IMG/VR virus record: IMGVR_UViG_3300025121_000045
Location: 1 to 64,000 of that record
Origin: a virus
Reading direction: 5' to 3' (one strand)
DNA length: 64,000 nt
The notes below the pieces were generated by a model, which was given only the letters and a program-made list of their open reading frames with translations, was not told the DNA's origin and did not search any database. Shown here in pieces: positions 54,899 to 64,000 of the stretch (positions are counted from its first letter, which is position 1; each line of letters starts with the position of its first letter). A program made the translations under genes and the position numbers.

Positions 54899-55692
54899 AT
54901 AGAGTCTATTTTGCGGTACCTACCTCTTGTCCAAAATGTGTATCAACTTTAGTGACGGACGGTGAATATCTTCGATGCGTGAATACTTCTTGCCCAGGTA
55001 TTATTGCAGGCAATGTTCGAAAGTGGGTTACAAATCTAGAAATTGACTTCTTTGGTATGGCTATTATTGAGGCGATGGTAGCTACAGGAAAATTGAAGAC
55101 TGTAGCGGATCTATATCGATTAACAGAGCAAGATATAGCTGACGAGTGTGGATCGGGTAATGCACGACGGGCAGTAGCAAATCTACAAGCTAAGAGCGTT
55201 ATACCTCTTCATCTTTTGTTTGGATCTTTGAACATTACCAACTTTGGACGAAGCCTAGCTAAGCTTCTTGTCAAAGCGGGTTATGACACCGTAGATAAAA
55301 TGTTAGCAGCCACCATTACGGACATGGCTAAGGTAGAGAAGTTTGGAGTAGAACGAGCTACTCAGGTTTGGAATGGTTTACGAGAGATGGAGTCCGTGAT
55401 CAGAGACCTAGAAAAACTGGTAACAGTTCAAACAGCTACTCCTAAAGCCACGGGGGGTATTTTAGCTGGTAAGAGTTTTTGTATCACGGGTTCTTTGAGC
55501 CAGCCTAAGAAAGTATTCCAAGATATGATTGAAAGCAACGGAGGAGAGTATTTGGATTCTGTTAAGTCGGGGCTTACGTACCTTATTGCGGCAGATCCAA
55601 CAGGTACAAGTGGTAAGCTTGACTCTGCTCGTAAGAAAGGCATTCAAGTTATTGGCGAGGATGGTTTGAAGAAATTGCTTACGGGCAATTAA
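54895..55692 (+). CDS. ligA: DNA ligase part 3 (Zn finger, HhH, BRCT)
   Basis: PTSCPKC...LRC.N..C, ADLY.L, FG...A, GKSFCITGSL, GG....SV...L.YL, K...A...G..VI.E. Confidence 0.9.
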   Translation: MNRVYFAVPTSCPKCVSTLVTDGEYLRCVNTSCPGIIAGNVRKWVTNLEIDFFGMAIIEAMVATGKLKTVADLYRLTEQDIADECGSGNARRAVANLQAKSVIPLHLLFGSLNITNFGRSLAKLLVKAGYDTVDKMLAATITDMAKVEKFGVERATQVWNGLREMESVIRDLEKLVTVQTATPKATGGILAGKSFCITGSLSQPKKVFQDMIESNGGEYLDSVKSGLTYLIAADPTGTSGKLDSARKKGIQVIGEDGLKKLLTGN

Positions 55693-55910
55693 TCTGACTC
55701 TTTATATAATCTTTCCGCTATGTCATCTATTAAATATAAGACATAGCTCTTCCTAATGTCTAATTCAGCATATTTAATACCATTTTGAAGTATATCAAAT
55801 ATTCTGGAGTTTAAATAAGTTTTTAGACGAATTAGACGAGGGTCTTCTTCATCTAAATCTAAAGCCTGTATATTTCTACTCAATTTGTCTATTCTATCTT
55901 TTGTAGTCAT
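55689..55910 (-). CDS. hypothetical protein
   Basis: GAGGA SD on minus strand. Confidence 0.6.
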   Translation of the reverse strand: MTTKDRIDKLSRNIQALDLDEEDPRLIRLKTYLNSRIFDILQNGIKYAELDIRKSYVLYLIDDIAERLYKESD

Positions 55911-56005
55911 TATTAATCCTCTCGTGTACGAAATTATACTTTACTGGCTAAAGGTCACTATAACCTTTTCTTCATATCGATGAACAGTGGCTTTTAAACC
56001 AGTAG

Positions 56006-56365
56006 TCATTTTTTAGGTTTGTCTTGATAAAAAATTAATCCTACTCTATTTCGGGTACTAGAAACTACTGCTCTTACATCATCTTTTTCATAATTCATTC
56101 CAGTTTGATTAATAGTTCCAAGAGCAGGGTAGACGTTAGTTAATTTCTTAAATCCAGAAGATTCTAATTCAGAGCACACCTGTTCTAGAGTAGTCCCTGA
56201 AGGTAATTCTAAAGCCTTTGTTATAAGATGTGGGTATTCTCCATAATTTGGCTCCTTTATAGAACCAGGGAATTTTTTAAAAAATTCATTTCTGAACTTG
56301 TCTGGAGAGGACGCAGCTTGTTTTATGTGAGTTGCCAATGTGTTTAATCTCGTAGATAAAGTCAT
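56006..56365 (-). CDS. hypothetical protein
   Basis: 119 aa ORF. Confidence 0.6.
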   Translation of the reverse strand: MTLSTRLNTLATHIKQAASSPDKFRNEFFKKFPGSIKEPNYGEYPHLITKALELPSGTTLEQVCSELESSGFKKLTNVYPALGTINQTGMNYEKDDVRAVVSSTRNRVGLIFYQDKPKK

Positions 56366-56422
56366 TGTCTTAGGACTTCCAATATAAGAAACGTTATATG
56401 ACTATACCATTATAAAAAGATT

Positions 56423-56824
56423 GTGACGTTGAATACACAGACTAAAAGTGATTATGGAGTTCTACTACTTCTAGCCAATATGGACTCTACCTTTAAAGGA
56501 CATAAGCAACAACCTTTTACAGCGGAAGATGCTTATGCGGATTTTCAAATCCCTTTTTGCCTCATATACAACGGTTTTCAAAACGGACTGGATGACCTAA
56601 AAGTCATTCTGGAGCGTAATGCAAATTCCTTAGTTCCTTCAGACGTGCGACATGATAATGTGATTTTAACTAAATTGAAAGATGGACGTTACATTATCAA
56701 GAATGCATCCTGGAAAGAAGTTTGTAGCTACATTCCGAATGCTCAGGAAATTTTTGATAAATATTGTCCAAATCCAGAGCCGGTTAAATCTTTTTGGCAA
56801 AAACTGTTTCAGAGGTGTTTGTGA
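56423..56824 (+). CDS. hypothetical protein
   Basis: ORF in operon. Confidence 0.55.
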   Translation: MTLNTQTKSDYGVLLLLANMDSTFKGHKQQPFTAEDAYADFQIPFCLIYNGFQNGLDDLKVILERNANSLVPSDVRHDNVILTKLKDGRYIIKNASWKEVCSYIPNAQEIFDKYCPNPEPVKSFWQKLFQRCL

Positions 56825-57309
56825 AATACTGGTTTGACACGGAATTCATTGAAGACGGACAGACTATTGACTTAATAAGTATCGGAATTGTTTCTGAAGA
56901 TGGCAGAGAGTTTTACGGAATTTCAAACGAGTTCGATGATACTAAAGCAAACAACTGGGTAATAGAAAATGTTTTCTCTCATCTTTTAGACGGATTTGAA
57001 GACCAAAAAGTATGGTATACAAGAAAAGAATTAAAGCAAGCTATTATTGAGTTCATTGGAAATGATCAAAATCCGGAATTTTGGGCATATTATGCTTCAT
57101 ATGACTGGGTGGCTTTATGTCAACTCTTCGGAACTATGATGCAATTGCCTAAACATTTTCCTATGTTCTGTATGGATTTGAAGCAGCTTACCGTTATGGT
57201 AGGAAACCCAAAACTTCCGGATCAAACCTCTACAGAACATCATGCTTTAGCAGACGCTCGGTGGAATAAAGAAGCATATGATTTTTTGATGGAAAGGATG
57301 AAGAAATGA
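56821..57309 (+). CDS. 3'-5' exoribonuclease (Rv2179c-like DEDDh)
   Basis: WFDTEFIE, LISIG.V.EDGRE.Y, YDWV, H.AL.DARW; GAGG SD then GTG 56821. Confidence 0.88.
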   Translation: MKYWFDTEFIEDGQTIDLISIGIVSEDGREFYGISNEFDDTKANNWVIENVFSHLLDGFEDQKVWYTRKELKQAIIEFIGNDQNPEFWAYYASYDWVALCQLFGTMMQLPKHFPMFCMDLKQLTVMVGNPKLPDQTSTEHHALADARWNKEAYDFLMERMKK

Positions 57310-57509
57310 AATGTCCTTGGTGTTACGGTCAAGGTAAAAACGCTATCAATTCTTCTGCAATATGTGATCTATGTAATGGTAGAAAAGAAGTTACATTAGA
57401 GCATTGTCGAGCCGTACATGCTTCTATCAAGCTTATGAGTAGATACCTGAATCATGAAATGAGAATAAATTTAAGAGGTATTTTGAATATGCTTGAGAAA
57501 GTAATCTAA
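57306..57509 (+). CDS. small zinc-finger protein
   Basis: CPWC.G.G...CDLC.G. Confidence 0.55.
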   Translation: MKCPWCYGQGKNAINSSAICDLCNGRKEVTLEHCRAVHASIKLMSRYLNHEMRINLRGILNMLEKVI

Positions 57510-57513
57510 AATT

Positions 57514-57792
57514 ATGAAATTCTATAAGATACGTCACAAACCTACCGGACTATTTTTTCGTCCATCACGTCACATGGATAAACGTAATTTAAGTAAGATA
57601 GGGAAAGCTTATTCCAGAAAACCTTCTCTAAGTTTTTTAGGAACGATATATGCACACCCTTATACAGGCCCCAAACCAGTTAGAACCTGGCAAATGTTGG
57701 AGATAGATTTACAGCATTATAATGGTTATGAAATGAAAATTGTTATATTAGATGAATGGGAGATTGTAGAGTACGAATCTATTCAGCAATAA
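57514..57792 (+). CDS. hypothetical protein
   Basis: YKIRHK.TGLF..LSK.GK.Y. Confidence 0.65.
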   Translation: MKFYKIRHKPTGLFFRPSRHMDKRNLSKIGKAYSRKPSLSFLGTIYAHPYTGPKPVRTWQMLEIDLQHYNGYEMKIVILDEWEIVEYESIQQ

Positions 57793-57841
57793 TAATCCAT
57801 ATGTATGCTAAGTCCTTGCACCCCTTATATATGGAGACTTT

Positions 57842-58174
57842 ATGCAGCTTAGGTTTATCCTGTTATGTGTGCTTCTTTTTATCTCTACCCCTACCTTTGC
57901 TAATAATTTTGATTTAACTTCCAATACCTACCCAGAAACAATTCTTGTATCCTCTGCACCTACTCAAGTTGTATTATCTGACCAAATAAACATCAATACA
58001 GCTGACTTATCAACTTTAATGTTATTTCCAGGCATTGGAAAAGTAAAAGCTCAAGCTATTATAGACTACAGGTCCAAGAATGGGTCTTTTGTTTCCTGTA
58101 ATGGCTTAGATAAAGTTAAAGGTATTGGAAAGAAAACGTTAGAAAAGATACGAGACAAATGTTCTATTAAGTAA
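57842..58174 (+). CDS. ComEA-like helix-hairpin-helix DNA-binding protein with signal peptide
   Basis: ININTA...L..PGIG..KA.AII.YR...G.F....L..VKGIG.K. Confidence 0.88.
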   Translation: MQLRFILLCVLLFISTPTFANNFDLTSNTYPETILVSSAPTQVVLSDQININTADLSTLMLFPGIGKVKAQAIIDYRSKNGSFVSCNGLDKVKGIGKKTLEKIRDKCSIK

Positions 58175-58238
58175 CTTTACCCTTCCTGTTCGTTCTTCCT
58201 TGTATCTATCTACAAACCAAATTCTCAAAGGACAGTCC

Positions 58239-60383
58239 ATGCCAGACTTTAAAGGACGTATTACTCGCATAGTATACCGAAACGAAAACTTTTGCATATT
58301 CTCAGCTAAATGTGGGGCTGAGGAAATGAAATGCAAAGGTACTTTCGTTGGCATAGAGCCACGAGAACATATGGACATCGAATTTACTGGGTCATGGCAG
58401 AGGAATGAAAAATATGGTAACACTTTAAATGTAACCGCTATAAAAGAAGTAGAGCCAAACGATGTATCCGGTATTACAAGATACCTTGAAGCAAATGTAA
58501 AAGGAGTGGGTTGGATAACCGCCAATAGGATTGCTGAACATTTTGGAGAAAATACAGTAAAGATACTTACTGAGGATCCAAAACAGATCCATACTGTGAC
58601 ATTTTTGACAGACTCTCAAAAAGACCTTATATATAGAACCCTTACTGAGAATTCTAACTATCGAGATGTAAGTGTTTTTTTGATGAGCTTTGATGTGTCT
58701 CCAAATATGGTAGAGAGTATATACAAAAAATGGGGTAATGAAGCAATACAAATTCTAACGGAAGACCCATATGTTTTAATGGATATACGAGGAATAGGTT
58801 TTAAGAAAGCGGATGAAGTGGCTACCCGTATGGGTATTGATCCTAGATCTCCCGTTAGAATAAAAGCCGTTATACGTTATATCCTTGAAGAAGTGGTCGG
58901 TAAAGAAGGCCATTTATTTGTTTCCTTGAAAGAACTTCAAGAACAAGCCCTAAAACTTTTAGATAGTGTATCGTCAAAAACTTTTTCTGAGTGTTTAGAT
59001 GACTTGGTTTTGAAAAATACCATAGTATTAGATAATGGACGTGTTTATAGCTCCTGGAGTTACAATAATGAGACGGGTGCCGCTATGGCACTTAGTACCA
59101 TGGTAGGTACTGTTTCTCGAGAGTTTGATGTAGCGTCTTTTATCGAAGAATATGAAAGAATACATTCTTCGGAACGTCCTTTCAAATTTAGTCCAGAACA
59201 AGTCCAAGCTATTTATGTTGCTCTTACCAGTAAAGTAATGGTGCTCACAGGCCTACCGGGGACTGGGAAAACTACCCTTCTCAAAGCAGTAGTAAATATG
59301 TTCGATAGGTTCACTACTAAGATAGCTTTGATGGCTCCTACTGGTATAGCGTCTAAGAAATTAAAAGAAGCTACAGGAAGACCTACTGGGACCATACATC
59401 GCATCCTTGGTTGTAAAGGGGATGGAAAATGGGATTTTCATGAGTCTAACCCTCATCCTGCAGATTTAGTGATAGTAGATGAGTTTTCTATGGTAGATAT
59501 GAGTCTTTTCTATAAATTGCTTCAAGGTATTAGAGAGGATGCTACTTTGATATTAGTAGGAGATGTAGCACAATTACCGTCGGTAGGACCTGGACATGTT
59601 TTGAATGAGTTAATAGGGTCTGGAGTTGTACCCGTAGTATCTTTGTCTACCATTCATAGACAAGAGGAGGCTTCTGATATTATTCTTAATGCACATAGAA
59701 TTCAAAGAGGAGAGTCTCTTATTATAGACAACAAAGGGGACACGGATTTTAAGTTCATTCATCTTCATGATGATAATATGCTACTAGACCGTATTAGGCG
59801 TACAGCTAAATCTTTGCATGATAGAAATGTAAATTTCCAATGTTTGTCTCCCAGACATGATGGATTGCTCGGTGTAAGTAATCTTAACGAGTGTCTTAGA
59901 GATGACATAAACCCAGATGTAGGTCAAGACAGTATACCATTAGGTAAAAAGTCGTTCAGGATTGGCGATAGAGTCATGGTCACCAGGAATAGATATGAAC
60001 ACAAAGTATTCAATGGTGACATAGGGACTGTAATACACATAGATAGGAGAGACTGTACGATACAGTTTCAAATAGATGAAGCACCAGAACCTACAGTCTT
60101 TAAATATGGAGACGCTCAAAGTGATTTGGTATTGGCTTACTGTATTACCTGTCACAAGAGCCAAGGATCCCAGTGGGATGTAATTTTACTTCCTATAGTC
60201 AAATCTTTTTCTATACAGCTTGTACGTAATCTGTTTTATACAGCTATCACAAGAGCTAAAAAGAAAGTGCTTTGTTACGGTCAAATGGATGCTGCTGATA
60301 AGGCTATAAGGAACAATAGGGTAAGTAAAAGAAATACTATATTTGGAGACCGTTTAAAATCCTTATCTATTCTTAATTCATAG
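58239..60383 (+). CDS. recD2: RecD2-like SF1B helicase
   Basis: GIGFKKAD, GLPGTGKTT, APTG.A, TIHR.L, DEFSM, GD..QLPSV.PG, AY.IT.HKSQGS, YTAITRAK. Confidence 0.95.
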   Translation: MPDFKGRITRIVYRNENFCIFSAKCGAEEMKCKGTFVGIEPREHMDIEFTGSWQRNEKYGNTLNVTAIKEVEPNDVSGITRYLEANVKGVGWITANRIAEHFGENTVKILTEDPKQIHTVTFLTDSQKDLIYRTLTENSNYRDVSVFLMSFDVSPNMVESIYKKWGNEAIQILTEDPYVLMDIRGIGFKKADEVATRMGIDPRSPVRIKAVIRYILEEVVGKEGHLFVSLKELQEQALKLLDSVSSKTFSECLDDLVLKNTIVLDNGRVYSSWSYNNETGAAMALSTMVGTVSREFDVASFIEEYERIHSSERPFKFSPEQVQAIYVALTSKVMVLTGLPGTGKTTLLKAVVNMFDRFTTKIALMAPTGIASKKLKEATGRPTGTIHRILGCKGDGKWDFHESNPHPADLVIVDEFSMVDMSLFYKLLQGIREDATLILVGDVAQLPSVGPGHVLNELIGSGVVPVVSLSTIHRQEEASDIILNAHRIQRGESLIIDNKGDTDFKFIHLHDDNMLLDRIRRTAKSLHDRNVNFQCLSPRHDGLLGVSNLNECLRDDINPDVGQDSIPLGKKSFRIGDRVMVTRNRYEHKVFNGDIGTVIHIDRRDCTIQFQIDEAPEPTVFKYGDAQSDLVLAYCITCHKSQGSQWDVILLPIVKSFSIQLVRNLFYTAITRAKKKVLCYGQMDAADKAIRNNRVSKRNTIFGDRLKSLSILNS

Positions 60384-60422
60384 AATATTAATATCTTCTC
60401 CAAAGAAGGAGGATCAATATAT

Positions 60423-60761
60423 ATGACTGCATCTACGCTTATAAAAAGCTTATCAAGAGATTTAATTTCCACACAGAAATTGTCTACGGTTTCATTTACT
60501 ATTCGAGAAGGTGTTAAAGTAAAGTTAACGGATGAAAATTTTGATTGGGAGAATAATGTCAAATCTGACGAAATAACTGTTCGCAAAGATTTACATTTTG
60601 ACGGAAAACATGTAATCATTGATCCAATCGGAAGTTTGTCAGATCAAGATATATTAGAGCATGATTATGCTGCCTCCCTTAAAAGGAGAGGTTTTTACGT
60701 GTTCAAAATTTATTGGAGATCTGAAAATAAATATTTGATAATAGACAAAGATGATCTGTAA
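60423..60761 (+). CDS. hypothetical protein
   Basis: GGAGG SD. Confidence 0.65.
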   Translation: MTASTLIKSLSRDLISTQKLSTVSFTIREGVKVKLTDENFDWENNVKSDEITVRKDLHFDGKHVIIDPIGSLSDQDILEHDYAASLKRRGFYVFKIYWRSENKYLIIDKDDL

Positions 60762-60856
60762 ATCCCACCTTTAAAAAAGCTACCTCTGTCCTTTTCTAGT
60801 AGTTCCATCATTTATCAAAATAGTCCACATGGTCTTAACTAGAAAAGGACATCGCA

Positions 60857-61192
60857 ATGAAAGCAAAAGATCTTCGTAATCGAGTATTGGTCGAAAGGGT
60901 GACAGTAAGCTGTGCTCTAACATCTGGACGCAGAGGTGATGGGGAGTTCGTTTCTCTTACGGTAAAGGCGTTAGAAGGTGATTTCACGCTTGAAGAAGCG
61001 CATCTCGTACATAAGATGGTATCTCGTGAATGTACTGAAATGGCCTATATGGACGCTTTAGCCAAAGGGCACATAACAAAAGAGCAATTAGACAGGGATC
61101 TAAATAAACGCAGAGGAAATTTCGATAAACTCATTACTGCTCTAGAACGAAAATTCTCCGAATCAGACACTCCAAAGCAATTAACCGAATAA
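60857..61192 (+). CDS. hypothetical protein
   Basis: AAGGA SD. Confidence 0.65.
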   Translation: MKAKDLRNRVLVERVTVSCALTSGRRGDGEFVSLTVKALEGDFTLEEAHLVHKMVSRECTEMAYMDALAKGHITKEQLDRDLNKRRGNFDKLITALERKFSESDTPKQLTE

Positions 61193-61205
61193 TAAAGGAA
61201 TAAAG

Positions 61206-62108
61206 ATGGACAGCAATACTTCAGAGACTGCGGTCTCTCAAGTCCCTGATTTTATATTAAACGAACAGGTAGAGACTGTATTCAAAAAATTGGATACAAT
61301 GACTGTACGTCTGGAAAAAGACCCGACAGTCATGGGCCCCAGTTATGTTCATGCCAAGCTGAAAGAATGTAGAGATTTTTCAAATGACATAGAACAAATG
61401 ATGGTAACTTTTCTGGACATAGAACGAAAAGTTAAAAACATGCTCGCAACTGAAAAAGAGTCAATGAGGATACAAAGGTCTGAATTGATAGCTTTAGATG
61501 ACTGGGTATTAAAAGGTAAATCCTCCTCAGATAGAGAAGCTCGAGTTGACATTAAATTAAAAGACCAAGCAGAAGTAGTGGCAGACTTACAGGAGCAATC
61601 AATAAATGTCTTGTATGTTCTTAGAGCTGTAGAACTAAAAAGAGAAGGTTTGAACAGGGTAAATAATGACATCAAGAAGCAAGTTTCTTTAATGGAATTT
61701 GCAAAAACAAATTCCTACCCACTAATGTCAGATGACATTGAAGAAGAAACTTCGGCTAAACCAGCTTATACATTGGATGATTCTGCAGAAGATATGGAAA
61801 ATCTATTCGGATCTTTACCATTATCTGAAGAACCACCTCAAGAAATAAGCCCCAAAGCTTTAAGACATATGGACAATACTTCAACTATCGAAGAGTTTGA
61901 GAACAAAGATACAGATATAGATTCTTTTCTCACCAACTTAACCATAGAAGAAACTGATTTTTCGTCAAACCAAGAAGTAAACTCTATGGATGATGAAATA
62001 GATTCTACCTTATTCACCTTCCGGGAACCTGTAGACCAAAAGATTTCTAAAAGCTTCTCTGTAGATGAAGAAGTAGTAGATATTGGTGCTTTCTTAAGTC
62101 ATTCCTAA
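61206..62108 (+). CDS. coiled-coil protein with acidic tail (possible recombination mediator)
   Basis: Helical N half, acidic C half; upstream of SSB/RuvC/RecA-like genes. Confidence 0.6.
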   Translation: MDSNTSETAVSQVPDFILNEQVETVFKKLDTMTVRLEKDPTVMGPSYVHAKLKECRDFSNDIEQMMVTFLDIERKVKNMLATEKESMRIQRSELIALDDWVLKGKSSSDREARVDIKLKDQAEVVADLQEQSINVLYVLRAVELKREGLNRVNNDIKKQVSLMEFAKTNSYPLMSDDIEEETSAKPAYTLDDSAEDMENLFGSLPLSEEPPQEISPKALRHMDNTSTIEEFENKDTDIDSFLTNLTIEETDFSSNQEVNSMDDEIDSTLFTFREPVDQKISKSFSVDEEVVDIGAFLSHS

Positions 62109-62283
62109 AATAAAATTCGCGCATTTAGATTAAATCTGAAAGTTGATATAGATGTTGATACTATTGCACATCAACAAACAGTCAACGACCAAAAATGTAG
62201 GCCAAAACGCACCATGACCTAAAAATGTCCCTTGTGTGTCAAGCCTATCCTGTCAAAGACCTTTAACCTTATGGAGTAATGCA

Positions 62284-62916
62284 ATGGCTGATAATTATTA
62301 TGACGAAATCGGTTTTGATGATGATAGCGTAGGTGGTGAGAAAGTAGATAGATATAAAGGACGGAAAGGATATACAGACCGTGTAGGTTTTGTTTTTCCA
62401 ACCCGTATTAAGAAGGCAAAGGTACATTTCAAAGATAAGTACATCGTTTGTAAGAACGGTTTGTGCTGTGAGAAACTTGGACCCGCTACTTTCCGTCTAG
62501 GGTTAGTGTTAGTGCAATACGGCACAGACAAGATGGGTATTTTAGAAAAGCCATTTCGTTATGATGTGAAACAATGGGTGTTTTCTGGTAAAAAATACGA
62601 GGACCTCCGTTCGTTGAATTCTGAGTGGCCTCTACAAGACCACGACGTGAAGATAACATGTATTGAGGAGGGCTTCCAGCAACTAAAATATGTTGCATGT
62701 AAGGATTCTGTTTGGCAGGGCAATGATAAGCTAAAGGTTCAGATAGAGCGTGAAGCAGAAGCTGCCCTTAAGAGTCTACATCTGGCTAAAGAAATGACTC
62801 TTGATGAACTAAAAGAACATTTAGGCATTGAGAGCTCTGGTCCTTCTGACGGTTTCGATCCATCCTCAGAAGGAGAGTTTGATGATATGTTAACTGGCAT
62901 GGATCTAGCCTCGTAA
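62284..62916 (+). CDS. putative single-stranded DNA-binding protein
   Basis: H..C..CC zinc ligands, D.KIT...G.Q, acidic C-terminal tail; GGAG SD. Confidence 0.6.
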   Translation: MADNYYDEIGFDDDSVGGEKVDRYKGRKGYTDRVGFVFPTRIKKAKVHFKDKYIVCKNGLCCEKLGPATFRLGLVLVQYGTDKMGILEKPFRYDVKQWVFSGKKYEDLRSLNSEWPLQDHDVKITCIEEGFQQLKYVACKDSVWQGNDKLKVQIEREAEAALKSLHLAKEMTLDELKEHLGIESSGPSDGFDPSSEGEFDDMLTGMDLAS

Positions 62917-62934
62917 TTGTTTCCACACCTATTG

Positions 62935-62972
62935 ACAAGAGGCCAAGAAGACTAGTCTTCTTGGCCTCTTGT
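62935..62972. repeat. perfect 38-bp palindrome
   Basis: ACAAGAGGCCAAGAAGACT|AGTCTTCTTGGCCTCTTGT. Confidence 0.9.
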
Positions 62973-62988
62973 ATTTTGGAGGACTTGC

Positions 62989-63828
62989 ATGCTTTATTTG
63001 GGTCTTGATCCATCTCTATCATCTTATGGATGGAGTGTATATGATTCTAATCAAACTGGTATAGCTAAACTGGTAGAAAAAGGAAGATGGAAAACTGCTT
63101 CAACTTTAGTTGAACCCGCCAGATACATGCATCAAAGAGATGCGTTAAAGGCTTTAGTTCAGAAATACAAAATCACAAAAGCCGCTATGGAAACTCCTCC
63201 TGTAGGCCCCAACGGCGCTTGGAGCCAAGAGAAGCTATATGCTTTGTACGTATATAACATGGAAGTAATGTATACCGAGAAAGTAGATATAATTTTAGTA
63301 GCACCTCTCCAATTACAACTATTTGCAAAAGTATGGGGGTCTGGAACTGTATCCGGCGATTGGTTTAAGTCAGACATGCAAGAAAGGTCTAGAGTGGATC
63401 TTCTGGATCTTTATACATATCCGAAGCATAAAGATTATTATGACAATTCTCCGACCAAATTGGAAAAAATTCGAAAACTTGGTTATGAGAAAAATCCTTT
63501 CCCAATTGTAGATGTAGCTTCTTATCCAAAAGATATTAGAAAACAACTTAAAATACAATCTGACGAGGCTGACGCATACCTTTTATCCAAGTTTGCATCT
63601 AGATTCTGGAATTTTTATGACAAATTGATACCGGAAGAGGATTTAACCCCTTCTGAATGGGATGTCTTTGCAAAAATAAAGACTTATACAAAGGGAGATA
63701 AAAAAGGTGTAGTGGACAGAGATGGTATTATTTACAAAGAAGAAGCAAGATTCTTCCGTTTTGCAACAAGCACAAAATATAGCCCTTTAAGAGGGGACCT
63801 TATTATAACAGGAGAAAATGATGGCTAA
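62989..63828 (+). CDS. ruvC: RuvC-like Holliday junction resolvase
   Basis: YLGLDPSL...GW, AAMETP, K..M, DEADAY. Confidence 0.8.
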   Translation: MLYLGLDPSLSSYGWSVYDSNQTGIAKLVEKGRWKTASTLVEPARYMHQRDALKALVQKYKITKAAMETPPVGPNGAWSQEKLYALYVYNMEVMYTEKVDIILVAPLQLQLFAKVWGSGTVSGDWFKSDMQERSRVDLLDLYTYPKHKDYYDNSPTKLEKIRKLGYEKNPFPIVDVASYPKDIRKQLKIQSDEADAYLLSKFASRFWNFYDKLIPEEDLTPSEWDVFAKIKTYTKGDKKGVVDRDGIIYKEEARFFRFATSTKYSPLRGDLIITGENDG

Positions 63829-64000
63829 AATGACTAAGCAACAGAGAGTTGAGCAAAGAGCAAAGGCTTTAGCTCATTTGAAAAAAGCTGGTATGGACGA
63901 AGCATATGTTCCGTTAGATTCAAAAACAAGACCCGATATAGAAGTGATTTCTTCTGGGTCTATAGTATTAGACCAAGTGTTAGGGTGTGGTGGATGGCCT
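63821..64000 (+). CDS. recA: RecA/UvsX recombinase (5' partial)
   Basis: MAKMTK...IEVISSGSIVLDQVLGCGGWP; AGGAG SD. Confidence 0.85.
   Translation, partial: MAKMTKQQRVEQRAKALAHLKKAGMDEAYVPLDSKTRPDIEVISSGSIVLDQVLGCGGWP

Noticed and set aside
53940-54900. Second intein or intron at the ligase part 2/3 break
   Set aside because: No intein terminal motifs, and the ORFs overlap at both junctions.
856-63558. Many antisense or alternate-frame ORFs in the track (e.g. 856-1548, 5914-6300, 41849-42262, 43435-43842)
   Set aside because: They shadow well-supported genes on the other strand and have no recognisable motifs.
1-64000. Genome-wide stop-codon reassignment
   Set aside because: Long genes are intact under the standard code; TAA, TAG and TGA all end genes; no suppressor tRNA seen.
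1-64000. Bacterial chromosome origin, suggested by serS, dnaJ, holA/B, recA and the two-component system
   Set aside because: Dense unknown small ORFs, homing endonucleases, atypical tRNA array, fractured ligase and non-sigma70 promoter motif point to a large phage.

Overview
A segment of a large (jumbo-type) AT-rich bacteriophage genome, mostly + strand and densely packed. It contains many small unknown ORFs behind a repeated promoter-like motif (MTCTDA-N18-CGTT) and a two-component system whose kinase has an ethylene-receptor-like membrane domain. A ~5 kb array of 15 tRNAs (6 Lys, 4 Arg, 2 Ile, Tyr, Val, Trp) has four HNH genes in or just before it. Other genes include SerRS, a bL12-CTD protein, PARP, ADP-ribosylglycohydrolase, a SNF2 helicase, a Ubl-TROVE/vWA + JAB + E1(ThiF) module, and replication/recombination genes (HolB, HolA, NrdJ, DnaJ, Dam, LigA, RecD2, SSB-like, RuvC-like, start of RecA). 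Top findings: (1) an unannotated 15-codon leader peptide (8645-8692) just upstream of the tRNA array, whose codons 2-12 are all read by tRNAs the array encodes and whose stop overlaps mutually exclusive hairpins, a candidate tRNA-depletion-sensing attenuator; (2) three covarying H-type pseudoknots, each exactly 2 nt upstream of a tRNA; (3) a phage ubiquitin-like conjugation module with the Ubl fused to a Ro/TROVE-like protein, plus a Y-RNA-like candidate; (4) a ~280 nt tmRNA-shaped RNA lacking Ala identity; (5) a DNA ligase broken into three genes, once by a split intein and once with no intein. All protein calls are from motif recognition by eye; no searches were run.
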